Below are positions 10,101-18,015 of a stretch of DNA of 64,000 nucleotides, piece by piece. The notes beneath the pieces are model-generated. The model searched no databases. It was given only the letters and a program-made list of their open reading frames with translations, and was not told the origin of the DNA. Each line of letters starts with the position of its first letter. Position 1 is the stretch's first letter. The translations under genes and the position numbers were made by a program. The DNA comes from Trichormus sp. ATA11-4-KO1. GTDB taxonomy: Bacteria; Cyanobacteriota; Cyanobacteriia; Cyanobacteriales; Nostocaceae. The DNA lies in the NCBI GenBank assembly GCA_019358915.1, contig JAHHIM010000017.1, positions 1-64,000 of the forward strand, in the 5' to 3' direction.

Positions 10101-11879
10101 TCTCAAATTACACCAAATGCAGAATTTCCCATATTACCAAATGGGGGAATTGCTGCTGGTACTCCTAATAATATCTCAATTATTTCTATCAACACACCAT
10201 CAACGATCACAGCGAATACACAATTACCTACAACTCAAGAAAATCAATCTGTAACATTTGAGTTTGGTGATTTAAATGTGTCTACAAACGATGTCAATCA
10301 AGATAATCTCATTATTAATTTAGACGATATATCTGGTACTTTGACACTACAAGATGGTACACCAGTCACATCAGCCACAACACTTGCATCGAACACAGTT
10401 TTAGTTTACACACCACCAGCAAATACTAGTGGTGAAGGTATTTCAGCTTTTACTATTACAGCGAGCGATCGCGTTTCTTTTTCATCGCAACAAATATCCA
10501 TCAATGTTACCCCCACACCACCAGAACCACCACCACCAGAGGATTTTCCTGACCCATCAGAAGACTTGCAAACTACCCCCACTCCACAACCACCTGTTGT
10601 CAATGACCCTTTTCCCGGAAATATAATAGATACTTTTGTCGCGGAAGTTGATGAAAAGTTAACGGATCAAGTTCAGCAATACTTAGGTATAACCAAACCA
10701 GAAATTAAAACCGTCGGTGAAGCCCGCACAATCTTACAAGATATTGAAAATGCCACTAACATTAAACCCGCCCTTGTTTATGTAAGTTTTGTCTCAGAAA
10801 CCTTGCCTGCTGATACACCACAAAGCAAAATATTAAATACAGAATCACCCAACGATCGCCTGGAATTGATCATTGTAACCGCCAAAGGTCAACCAATTCG
10901 CAAAGTTCTCACAGTGACGCGATCGCAAGTTTTTCCAGTTATCCAAAGATTTAGAAGCCGAGTCACAGATCCCATATTGCGTAAGGACTACATAGATGCA
11001 GCCAAACAACTATATGAATGGCTAATTACATCTGTTGATAGCGATTTGCAAGACCGAGAAATTCAAAATTTAGTCTTCATCATGGATAAAGGATTGCGAT
11101 CGCTACCTGTCGCCGCCCTTTACGATGGTGAAAAGTATTTAGTTGAAAAATACAGCGTCGGCTTAATGCCTAGTCTCAGCCTCACAGATACCCAATATGT
11201 AGACATTAAAAATGCAGAAGTTTTGGGTATGGGTGCATCCGAATTCACTAACCAACAGCCTTTACCGGCCGTACCTGCGGAATTAGCCACAATTACACCC
11301 CGCCTCTGGCAAGGTAAATCCTTCATCAACGAAGCCTTTACCCTGAAAAATCTCCAAGTACAACGTCAGCAAAAACCCTTTGGTATTATCCACCTAGCCA
11401 CCCACGGCGAATTTAGGCCTGGTGTTCCTAGTAACTCCTACATTCAGTTATGGGATACCCAATTGCAAATGGATCAGCTGCGCCAACTAGGCTGGAATAA
11501 CCCCCCAGTCCAGCTAGTAGTACTGAGTGCTTGTCGCACAGCCACAGGAGATACAGAAGCAGAGTTAGGCTTTGCTGGCTTTGCAGTTCAAGCCGGTGTC
11601 AAGTCTGCACTAGCGAGTTTGTGGTACGTATCCGATGAAGGCACTCTGGGATTAATTAGCGAATTTTACGAACAATTGAAAAAAGCCCCCATCAAAGCCG
11701 AAGCACTTAGACAAGCACAAGTTGCAATGCTCAAAGGACAAGTACGCTTAGAAGGAGGTGAACTGAAAACTTCTAATCTTGATGTAACTCTACCACCAGA
11801 TATTGCCCAACTAGGCGATAAAAACCTCAGTCACCCTTATTTTTGGTCAGCCTTTACGATGATTGGTAATCCTTGGTGA
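7179..11879 (+). CDS. Fusion: family-2 glycosyltransferase + filamentous haemagglutinin (TPS) domain + CHAT caspase-like protease
   Basis: GT2 (YNRERYL, DDGSTD, DSDD, AEDYDL); NLFHSF and INPAGIIFG TPS motifs; Gly/Asn/Thr repeats; Pro-rich linker; CHAT dyad IIHLATHG and VLSAC; HPYFWSAFTMIGNPW end. Confidence 0.9.
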   Translation: MQPTISLIITVYNRERYLGAAIESILAQTRGDFELLIWDDGSTDNSPEIAREYAKRDRRVRVIIAEHLGRGLALKAAIAQTHAPYLGWVDSDDLLHPQALVETAGVLDAKPHIGWVYTDYLDIDQHNAVLSYGYRCLVPYNCEELLNQFMTFHFRLMRREIFDSVGGIDESLETAEDYDLCLRLSEVAQVEHIFQPLYYYRTHPESLSWQQRQEQIKRSHQAIVKAKQRRKHLTQTVNNQATRTGGFYATSTSARFILFALLCLSPNLVKAQNITPAPDNTGTLVNTQGNNIDISGGSLSSDRANLFHSFSKFGLDVNQTANFLSQPSIQNILGRVTGGEASLINGLITVTGGNSNLYLINPAGIIFGANASLNVPASFTATTANRIGLGENWFNASGWNKYNELLGTPHSFAFDSTIASAIFNEGNLAVTSGNLTLLGGTVASTGELFAPGGNITVAAVPGTSLLRFSIPGNPLSLEIQPLNNNQSENFLAKLLTGGGGVNASTLQVHSNGEVELIGSGLRVENGDVVVKKATADTATFSANRNLTLPESQLLTTGELNLFAQNTVTVRESTANAFTAIAGGNLYIQGNQGIDVLAIDHLDKTPFVSGGNLTLVSDGTISLDAHFASGGRFSILNSQGQSNSFISLYDPIISANQDVEFDSYTGPSLKVESTGSITVNGDITINSPDFSLASFCGYGNPCSSDAQILADELALILRAGVSQLEETNFGSLPPTLTLSGNSSSPGNITVTGNIRIADYGGPVIMSATGDITLANIETVSSFFSTSGRVELISGGNITTNAIDSFAESSYGAAIAGDITLEAEGNIDTGNINSSTIASGTARSGEVNLQVNNIGKILTGAINTSATSFLSPSSAYGGAVTLQTSQPGGDITFESINTQAIDFTGGAAEGGDVSVLANGVVRGLGVVTNTSDTILTDGETQPGFVTIQHDGGADNVPFIVGDSSLNGTQGNINTGNSQITPNAEFPILPNGGIAAGTPNNISIISINTPSTITANTQLPTTQENQSVTFEFGDLNVSTNDVNQDNLIINLDDISGTLTLQDGTPVTSATTLASNTVLVYTPPANTSGEGISAFTITASDRVSFSSQQISINVTPTPPEPPPPEDFPDPSEDLQTTPTPQPPVVNDPFPGNIIDTFVAEVDEKLTDQVQQYLGITKPEIKTVGEARTILQDIENATNIKPALVYVSFVSETLPADTPQSKILNTESPNDRLELIIVTAKGQPIRKVLTVTRSQVFPVIQRFRSRVTDPILRKDYIDAAKQLYEWLITSVDSDLQDREIQNLVFIMDKGLRSLPVAALYDGEKYLVEKYSVGLMPSLSLTDTQYVDIKNAEVLGMGASEFTNQQPLPAVPAELATITPRLWQGKSFINEAFTLKNLQVQRQQKPFGIIHLATHGEFRPGVPSNSYIQLWDTQLQMDQLRQLGWNNPPVQLVVLSACRTATGDTEAELGFAGFAVQAGVKSALASLWYVSDEGTLGLISEFYEQLKKAPIKAEALRQAQVAMLKGQVRLEGGELKTSNLDVTLPPDIAQLGDKNLSHPYFWSAFTMIGNPW

Positions 11880-11959
11880 GGAAGTGGGGAGATGAGGGGA
11901 TAAGGAAGATGAGGGAGGTGTTTTCAATGCCCAATGCCCCATTCCCCATTCCCCATTCT

Positions 11960-12721
11960 CTATTGCATAATCATCTGGGCTACTTTATTCATCACATGAC
12001 TAAAAGGATGTTGTGGATGGCGGAGGCAAAACAAATCACTACTTGCTAGTTGAATTAATTCTTCTGCTAGGGGTAAAATTCCAGCTACAGGTGCGTCATA
12101 AGTCTTTTCTACTTGTTGCCGCAACGCATCAAAATCTAATGCAGGTAGAGCTTTATTAATCAACAGTAACATCTTTGGTACTTCCAATTTGCGGGCTACT
12201 TCTACTGTTACGGCAGTACCTTGAAAATCTTGGCGATCGGGACGTAAAATCAGAACTAAAATATCAGAAATGGCAATAGAAAGTAAAGTTTCTTCATTTA
12301 GTCCTGGATGAGTATCAATAAATAAGTAATCCAATTCTAGAACATCAAGTATCTCTTGAAAACCTTGATTAAGTAGATTAAAATCAAATCCTTCCCGCAA
12401 TACTTTAGTAATATCTCTAGCTTTAATACTGGAGGGAATTAAATAAATACGTCCTTGAGGATCTGCGGTTTTACTTAAAATTGCACTGACATCATACGCA
12501 GCTTCTTCAATATTACAGCGTCCCCAGAGATAATCGTTGAGCGAGTATTTCATTTTTTGCTCGTCAAAACCAAATAGGACATGAATACCTGGAGATTGGA
12601 TATCAGTGTCAATAATCCCAACTCGATGTCCATAACCAGCAACGATTCCAGCGAGATTAGCTGTTGAATTAGATTTACCTGTACCACCCCGAAATGAGTG
12701 AATAGAAACAATTTTTGACAT
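11960..12721 (-). CDS. MinD/ParA-family ATPase
   Basis: Deviant Walker A SFRGGTGKS, DTDIQSPG, IDTHPG. Confidence 0.9.
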   Translation of the reverse strand: MSKIVSIHSFRGGTGKSNSTANLAGIVAGYGHRVGIIDTDIQSPGIHVLFGFDEQKMKYSLNDYLWGRCNIEEAAYDVSAILSKTADPQGRIYLIPSSIKARDITKVLREGFDFNLLNQGFQEILDVLELDYLFIDTHPGLNEETLLSIAISDILVLILRPDRQDFQGTAVTVEVARKLEVPKMLLLINKALPALDFDALRQQVEKTYDAPVAGILPLAEELIQLASSDLFCLRHPQHPFSHVMNKVAQMIMQ

Positions 12722-12733
12722 AATTAATGATAT

Positions 12734-13027
12734 TTACAGTTTGTCCCATATATTTGGAGGAAGTCGGCTTTGCTTTTGGTCGATTAAACGAGGTTGATAG
12801 TAAATCGCTTCACTATCATTTAATTCTTGAATAAATCCTTGAGAAAGAAGAGATTGTAGACAATTTTGTACAACTTCCTCTGCCAAATTTGTATGGCTTA
12901 TGACTTCCAATAAAGTAACTCTTTTTTGACGAATTATCCAGTTAACAACTTGCCGTTGTTCATCAGGCAAATCCATCACATCTGCTAAACTCTTTTGTTC
13001 CGACGATTCTTCAAAATCTTGATTCAT
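12734..13027 (-). CDS. Small winged-helix-like hypothetical protein
   Basis: 97 aa; wHTH-like pattern (VTLLEVISHTNLAEEVVQNCLQSLLSQGFI); immediately upstream of the MinD-like gene. Confidence 0.7.
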   Translation of the reverse strand: MNQDFEESSEQKSLADVMDLPDEQRQVVNWIIRQKRVTLLEVISHTNLAEEVVQNCLQSLLSQGFIQELNDSEAIYYQPRLIDQKQSRLPPNIWDKL

Positions 13028-13102
13028 CAGCTTTTAGCAACTCTTCTTTGCGTCTTTGCGCCTTTGCGTGAGCTTTTCATATCCTAATTCAGCAACACTC
13101 CT

Positions 13103-14851
13103 TCATTTCTTATTTTCCCGAAACTGCTTACCCCGGCGCTGTAATTGCTCTAAGTATTCCCTTTCTTCCTGTTCTTCAATTGTTGCTTGTGTTGTTTCCA
13201 AATTGTTGTTATCAGGATTATTTGCTTGCAGATTCAGTTTGTTGCGCCGATCGCGAACTTGTTGCAAATAATCTACTTCTATTAATGGTTGTACTAATTC
13301 AGCAGTTGCCGAGTTGTTAATTACAACTTCGCTGTTTCTTGGTTGTATAGGTTGATAATTTTTAGCCTCATGATTGAGATTATTTGATTCTAAATTGTCA
13401 CTTATCAGAGGTGTCGTGATTTTTGGCAAAACTTCTTTGTGGTCTCTACTCCGCAAATCCTTGGCTTTCTGCTGCAATTCTAGAAAATAATCACTTTCAG
13501 TAATTGCAGCTACCTCTTCTTCTTTCTTTTCTTCGTCAATATCAATATTGATTTTTAAGAAGCCTTTCACAGTCTTGACAATTGTCGCGGCGTATCTATC
13601 TATTAACACTACACCGATCGCAGTGGCCAAGAGTCCCAGTGCTGATGGTATTAAGGGTATCCAGCCAGCTTGGAGAAATATTATATAAGTACTGCCGAGT
13701 AAAATGGCGATCGCTACGCCACCACCGAGAACCAATAGCCAAGGTTGACGAATTTGCCACGCTAAAACTCCTCCCACCAACGACCAAGCAAATATCCACA
13801 CACCTTCTTGCCATCTATTCCAGTACCAAAATAAGGGTCGTTGATCTAACACTGCACTCAATATCTGACTGGCATTCTGTGCATGAACTACTACCCCCGG
13901 CATTTTTTGGCTGTCTTCAGCACCCGCACTATAAGGCGTGTAGAACGTATCTTTCACAATTGGTGCTGTATAACCAATCATCACAATCTTATCTTTAATC
14001 AAGTTGGCATCAACTTGACCTGCAAGAACATCGCTGAGTGATACCTGTTTGACTGCGTTTCTGGCAGAACGATAGTTAAGCAATATTTGGTAATTTCCAG
14101 GATCAATATTGTGATAACCACCTGATTTTGGTGTTAAACGTTTGAGAACTGTAGCACCAAATTGCAATTCACCAGATGCTGTCAGTTCTGGTGCAATTCC
14201 CATCTCTTCTAAGTAACGCACCGCCATTTGAAAACTCAAAGACGGCAGTTGATTTTCTGAGTCAACGTAATTGCAGATATGTTGGCTAGCGGCTGGTAGT
14301 TGCGAGGCTTGGGGAATCGCAATAATCATCCCTTGGCGCACAGTTCCCCCAGCATCCACAGGAAAATCAGCCACTCCCACCCGTTCTTCGGGGATACCTG
14401 GTGCGGCGGGGATTCCCGGCGAGTCGGCTTGACTAATGGCACAAGCCGCAATCATCTTGTCATTTTCAGTTAATAACTTGACTAACTCTGCACGACCAAC
14501 AGCTGAACCTTGTCTAATATCTCTGAGAATATCTATGCCAATAACTCGCGGCGCTTGTGCTTCTAGTTTCTTTAAAAGCTCTGCCAAGGTACTATCTGTA
14601 ATTGGGTACTCTTGGCGTGTCTGGAGGTCTGCATCATTGATTCCCACCACCAAAAAGCGCTCGTCTGGCCCTTCATCAAGACGCGATCGCATGAGTTGAT
14701 CAAAAGCCGCTAACTCCATTCCTTCCCAGATGCCTAACTCTCGTAAACCCACTATTAACCCAGTAATCACTAGGCTGGTAACAACTACAGTACTCCCAAT
14801 TGTCAATACTGCTTTGGGTAAATTACGTAATCTTGAACCTAAATTTACCAT
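13103..14851 (-). CDS. CHASE2 domain membrane sensor with cytoplasmic tail
   Basis: ELAAFD..MR, PRVIGIDI.RD, MPGVVVHAQNASQILSAVLD; 3 TM helices; ~160 aa tail. Confidence 0.9.
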   Translation of the reverse strand: MVNLGSRLRNLPKAVLTIGSTVVVTSLVITGLIVGLRELGIWEGMELAAFDQLMRSRLDEGPDERFLVVGINDADLQTRQEYPITDSTLAELLKKLEAQAPRVIGIDILRDIRQGSAVGRAELVKLLTENDKMIAACAISQADSPGIPAAPGIPEERVGVADFPVDAGGTVRQGMIIAIPQASQLPAASQHICNYVDSENQLPSLSFQMAVRYLEEMGIAPELTASGELQFGATVLKRLTPKSGGYHNIDPGNYQILLNYRSARNAVKQVSLSDVLAGQVDANLIKDKIVMIGYTAPIVKDTFYTPYSAGAEDSQKMPGVVVHAQNASQILSAVLDQRPLFWYWNRWQEGVWIFAWSLVGGVLAWQIRQPWLLVLGGGVAIAILLGSTYIIFLQAGWIPLIPSALGLLATAIGVVLIDRYAATIVKTVKGFLKINIDIDEEKKEEEVAAITESDYFLELQQKAKDLRSRDHKEVLPKITTPLISDNLESNNLNHEAKNYQPIQPRNSEVVINNSATAELVQPLIEVDYLQQVRDRRNKLNLQANNPDNNNLETTQATIEEQEEREYLEQLQRRGKQFRENKK

Positions 14852-16122
14852 CAGCTTGTTACCTCCTTTTTACCAGCTAGAACGACAGCAGTTGCCAAGA
14901 GTCCCAGTGCGGTTGGTACTACGGGTATCCACCCAGCTTGGAGAAATATTATATAGGTACTCCCAAATAAAATGGCGATCGCTACTCCCACACCCAGAAC
15001 CCACAGCCAACGTTGGCGTAGCCACACCCCTAAAAGTCCTCCCACCAATGACCAGGTAAATATCCACAAACCTTCTTGCCATTCGTTCCAGTACCAAAGT
15101 AGCGATCGTTGATCTAAAACCGCACTTAATATCTGACTAGCATTCTGTGCATGAACTACTACACCCGGCATTTTTTGGCTGTCTTCAGCAACTGCACTAT
15201 AAGGCGTGTAAAATGTATCCTTGACACTTGGTGCAGTATAGCCAATCATGACAATTTTGTCTTTGATCAACTTTGCATCAACTTGACCTGCCAGGACATC
15301 ACTCAGTGATACCTGCTGCACCGCATTCTTGGCAGAACGATAGTTCAGCAGCATTTGGTAATTTCCAGGATCAATATTGTGATACCCACCTGCTCTTGGT
15401 GTTAAGCGTTTGAGAACCGTAGCACCAAATTGCAGTTCTCCCGATGCTGTCAGTTCTGGTGTAATTTCCATTGCTTCCAAGTACCTGACAGCCATTTGCA
15501 AACTCAAAGATGGCAGTTGATTTTCAGGGTCAGCGTAATTGCAGATATGTTCAATAGCTGTTGGTTGTTTCGATGTCTTAGGTATAGAAATTATCATACC
15601 TTGCCGCACAGTTCCCCCAGCATCCACAGGAAAATCAGCCACTCCTACCCGTTCTTCGGGAATACCTGGTGCGGCGGGGATTCCCGGCGAGTCTGCTTGA
15701 CTGAGACTACAAACAGCAACCATCTTGTCATTCTCAGTTAATAGCTTGACTAAACTGCTGCGACCTGCTGCTGAACCTTGGGGAACATCTCTGAAAATAT
15801 CTATGCCAATAACTCGCGGTTCCTGTTGTTCTAGTTTCGTTAAAACCTGTGCCAGTGTACTATCTGTAATAGGGTACTCTTGACGTGTTTGGAGGTCTGT
15901 ATCATTGATCCCCACAATCAAAAAGCGATCGTCCTGCCCTTCATCAGGACGCGATCGCATGAGATAATCAAAAGCAGCTAACTCCAGAGCCTCCAAGCTT
16001 CCTAGCTCCCGCAATCCCACCATTAACCCAGTAATTACTAGGCTGGTAACAACTACAGTACCTCCAATCAATACTGCTTTAGGTAAATTACGTAGTCTTG
16101 AACCTAGACCGATCATCGGCAT
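14851..16122 (-). CDS. CHASE2 domain membrane sensor without tail (paralogue of neighbour)
   Basis: Same motifs, long near-identical stretches with 13103..14851; ends just after last TM. Confidence 0.9.
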   Translation of the reverse strand: MPMIGLGSRLRNLPKAVLIGGTVVVTSLVITGLMVGLRELGSLEALELAAFDYLMRSRPDEGQDDRFLIVGINDTDLQTRQEYPITDSTLAQVLTKLEQQEPRVIGIDIFRDVPQGSAAGRSSLVKLLTENDKMVAVCSLSQADSPGIPAAPGIPEERVGVADFPVDAGGTVRQGMIISIPKTSKQPTAIEHICNYADPENQLPSLSLQMAVRYLEAMEITPELTASGELQFGATVLKRLTPRAGGYHNIDPGNYQMLLNYRSAKNAVQQVSLSDVLAGQVDAKLIKDKIVMIGYTAPSVKDTFYTPYSAVAEDSQKMPGVVVHAQNASQILSAVLDQRSLLWYWNEWQEGLWIFTWSLVGGLLGVWLRQRWLWVLGVGVAIAILFGSTYIIFLQAGWIPVVPTALGLLATAVVLAGKKEVTS

Positions 16123-16855
16123 GTCAGATCCTTATCCATCAGCTAAAGTTTTAATTATTGGTAATGCTTCACCCAATCAATTCAAGCTTTGTCAATGTTT
16201 CTGATGCCAGGGACATCACAACTTACACTTAGGTTTCATTGTTTGGCAATGCAGCCAACTTTTATGTTTTACTTGTTAAATATTTATGAATTTTTGAAAA
16301 TCTCCAATGCCGATATTGGCAGTTTAGAGAAATTGTAATGAGTATGTAGTGCAGAATTTAGGTAATTTTACCACATTTATCTTTTTTTTGCACTTATATT
16401 ACATTCATTATTGTCATAGCTAGTGTTCTACCAAAATTATCGATGGTACATTACCTCAGATTTTTCTTGGTATTTTGGTGTCTTAGTAGTTAAATGACTT
16501 TTGAACCACTAAGGCACAAAGGAAAGGTGAAAAGCCTAAAATTGGACAAACTTCACTATTCAAAAGGTGCATTGTCAGCAGACCAAATAGGTAGTTGTTT
16601 CACTTGCTTTAATTAAAATTTTGATGAATTTAGGCGAGTTATGTGAGAGGATAGGAACTTTCGGCAAAATGAGAAAGTCATCACTGATAAAATACTACTT
16701 CAACTTTTATTCTTTGCGCCTTTGCGTGAGGCTAATTCATAACATTCAATCAGCAACGCCTGCATTTTAGAAGAAAAATTAATTTCTGCGTGGGTGCGAT
16801 CGCTAGTATCGTCCTTCAATCACATTGTGCTCACAAAATAAATATCGTAAAAATT

Positions 16856-17659
16856 ATGCTAAAAAAATCACTGCTTTTAATCGTTCTAGGCTTAACTTTA
16901 TCTTCAGATTTGCTGCTCACTACCTCAGCAGCCACAGCAGTACCCGCACTAAGAACTGCACAACAACGAAGATTTGCACCGCGTCGTCGTTCCCTATTAA
17001 GATTCAAAGTACCTGGTATTAGGGGTTCACGTAATTTAGAAGTCGGTGCAGCACGTGGACAATGCACACCCCAAGAAATTAGCGCAGTCTTGCCAGCCAA
17101 ACCAAAGGCCATAAAAGCCAGGGAAATTCCCATAGAATTAACATTAAGCGATCGCCCGACGTTTTTTGTCAATGTGCCGCAAACAACAGCCACACAAGCA
17201 CTGTTTTTGTTGCGAAATGAAGCCGGAGACGAAATACTTTTAGAAAAAACCTTGAGTTTAACTGCCAGCAACGGCATTATGAGTTACACTCTGCCTGCGG
17301 ATTTTTCAGGGTTAAAAGTAGGACAAAAATACAGATGGCGGTTGTCCTTACTTTGTGATCCTACAGGAGGCGATCGCAGTGGTGATCCGGTTGCTAGTGG
17401 TTGGATAGAACGAGTCGAACCTAGTGCAATTGTCGCGCAACAATTGCAGTCGGCGACAAATAAACAGCGTGTCCTAATTTATGCAGACAATGGTTATTGG
17501 CACGATACCTTAAAAACTCTAACTGATTTACGGGCAGCAAATCCCAGCGATCTGACCTTAGTTCGTGATTGGTTAGACTTGTTTCAATCAGTTGGTTTAA
17601 ACGAACTTGCCAACCGACCTGTAATTAAACTCAATACTGCCACAGCATCTAAAAATTAA
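16856..17659 (+). CDS. DUF928 domain protein
   Basis: Signal peptide, GAARGQC, PTFFVNVP, GWIERV, YADNGYWHDTL; ORF track starts 16790. Confidence 0.85.
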   Translation: MLKKSLLLIVLGLTLSSDLLLTTSAATAVPALRTAQQRRFAPRRRSLLRFKVPGIRGSRNLEVGAARGQCTPQEISAVLPAKPKAIKAREIPIELTLSDRPTFFVNVPQTTATQALFLLRNEAGDEILLEKTLSLTASNGIMSYTLPADFSGLKVGQKYRWRLSLLCDPTGGDRSGDPVASGWIERVEPSAIVAQQLQSATNKQRVLIYADNGYWHDTLKTLTDLRAANPSDLTLVRDWLDLFQSVGLNELANRPVIKLNTATASKN

Positions 17660-17681
17660 CCTTACTCAGTGCTTCCTTCCT

Positions 17682-17716
17682 GAGTGCGCTTGCCCTGAGC
17701 GAAGCCGAAGGGGAGT
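17682..17716 (+). repeat. 35-bp dispersed repeat GAGTGCGCTTGCCCTGAGCGAAGCCGAAGGGGAGT
   Basis: Identical copy at 28015..28049. Confidence 0.85.
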
Positions 17717-17872
17717 ACTGAGTCAAAAGAAGAAGTAAGGACTTTCGCACTCGGTACAAGCAACGCGAATTGTGGTCACTGAGCCTTGCCGAAGTGTGGG
17801 CGGAATCTTATTACCGTCAGAAGGTTGATACCATGCCCCTTGTTGACGGTTTTTTAACTCAGCACTCTTCAT
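17712..17872 (-). repeat. MITE-like dispersed repeat, copy B
   Basis: Inverted, diverged homologue of 6942..7120. Confidence 0.55.
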
Positions 17873-18015
17873 ACTGCTAATACCATTTCTTGATGATAGC
17901 TTGCGTGGCGTAGCCATAGATGTGCGTAATTACCTGCTAATCACGGCTTTGTTTGTGAGCCAGTGGCTTTAACCTGTGGGTGAATAAAGCGCTTTCGTCC
18001 CATTTGTCATAAGTT

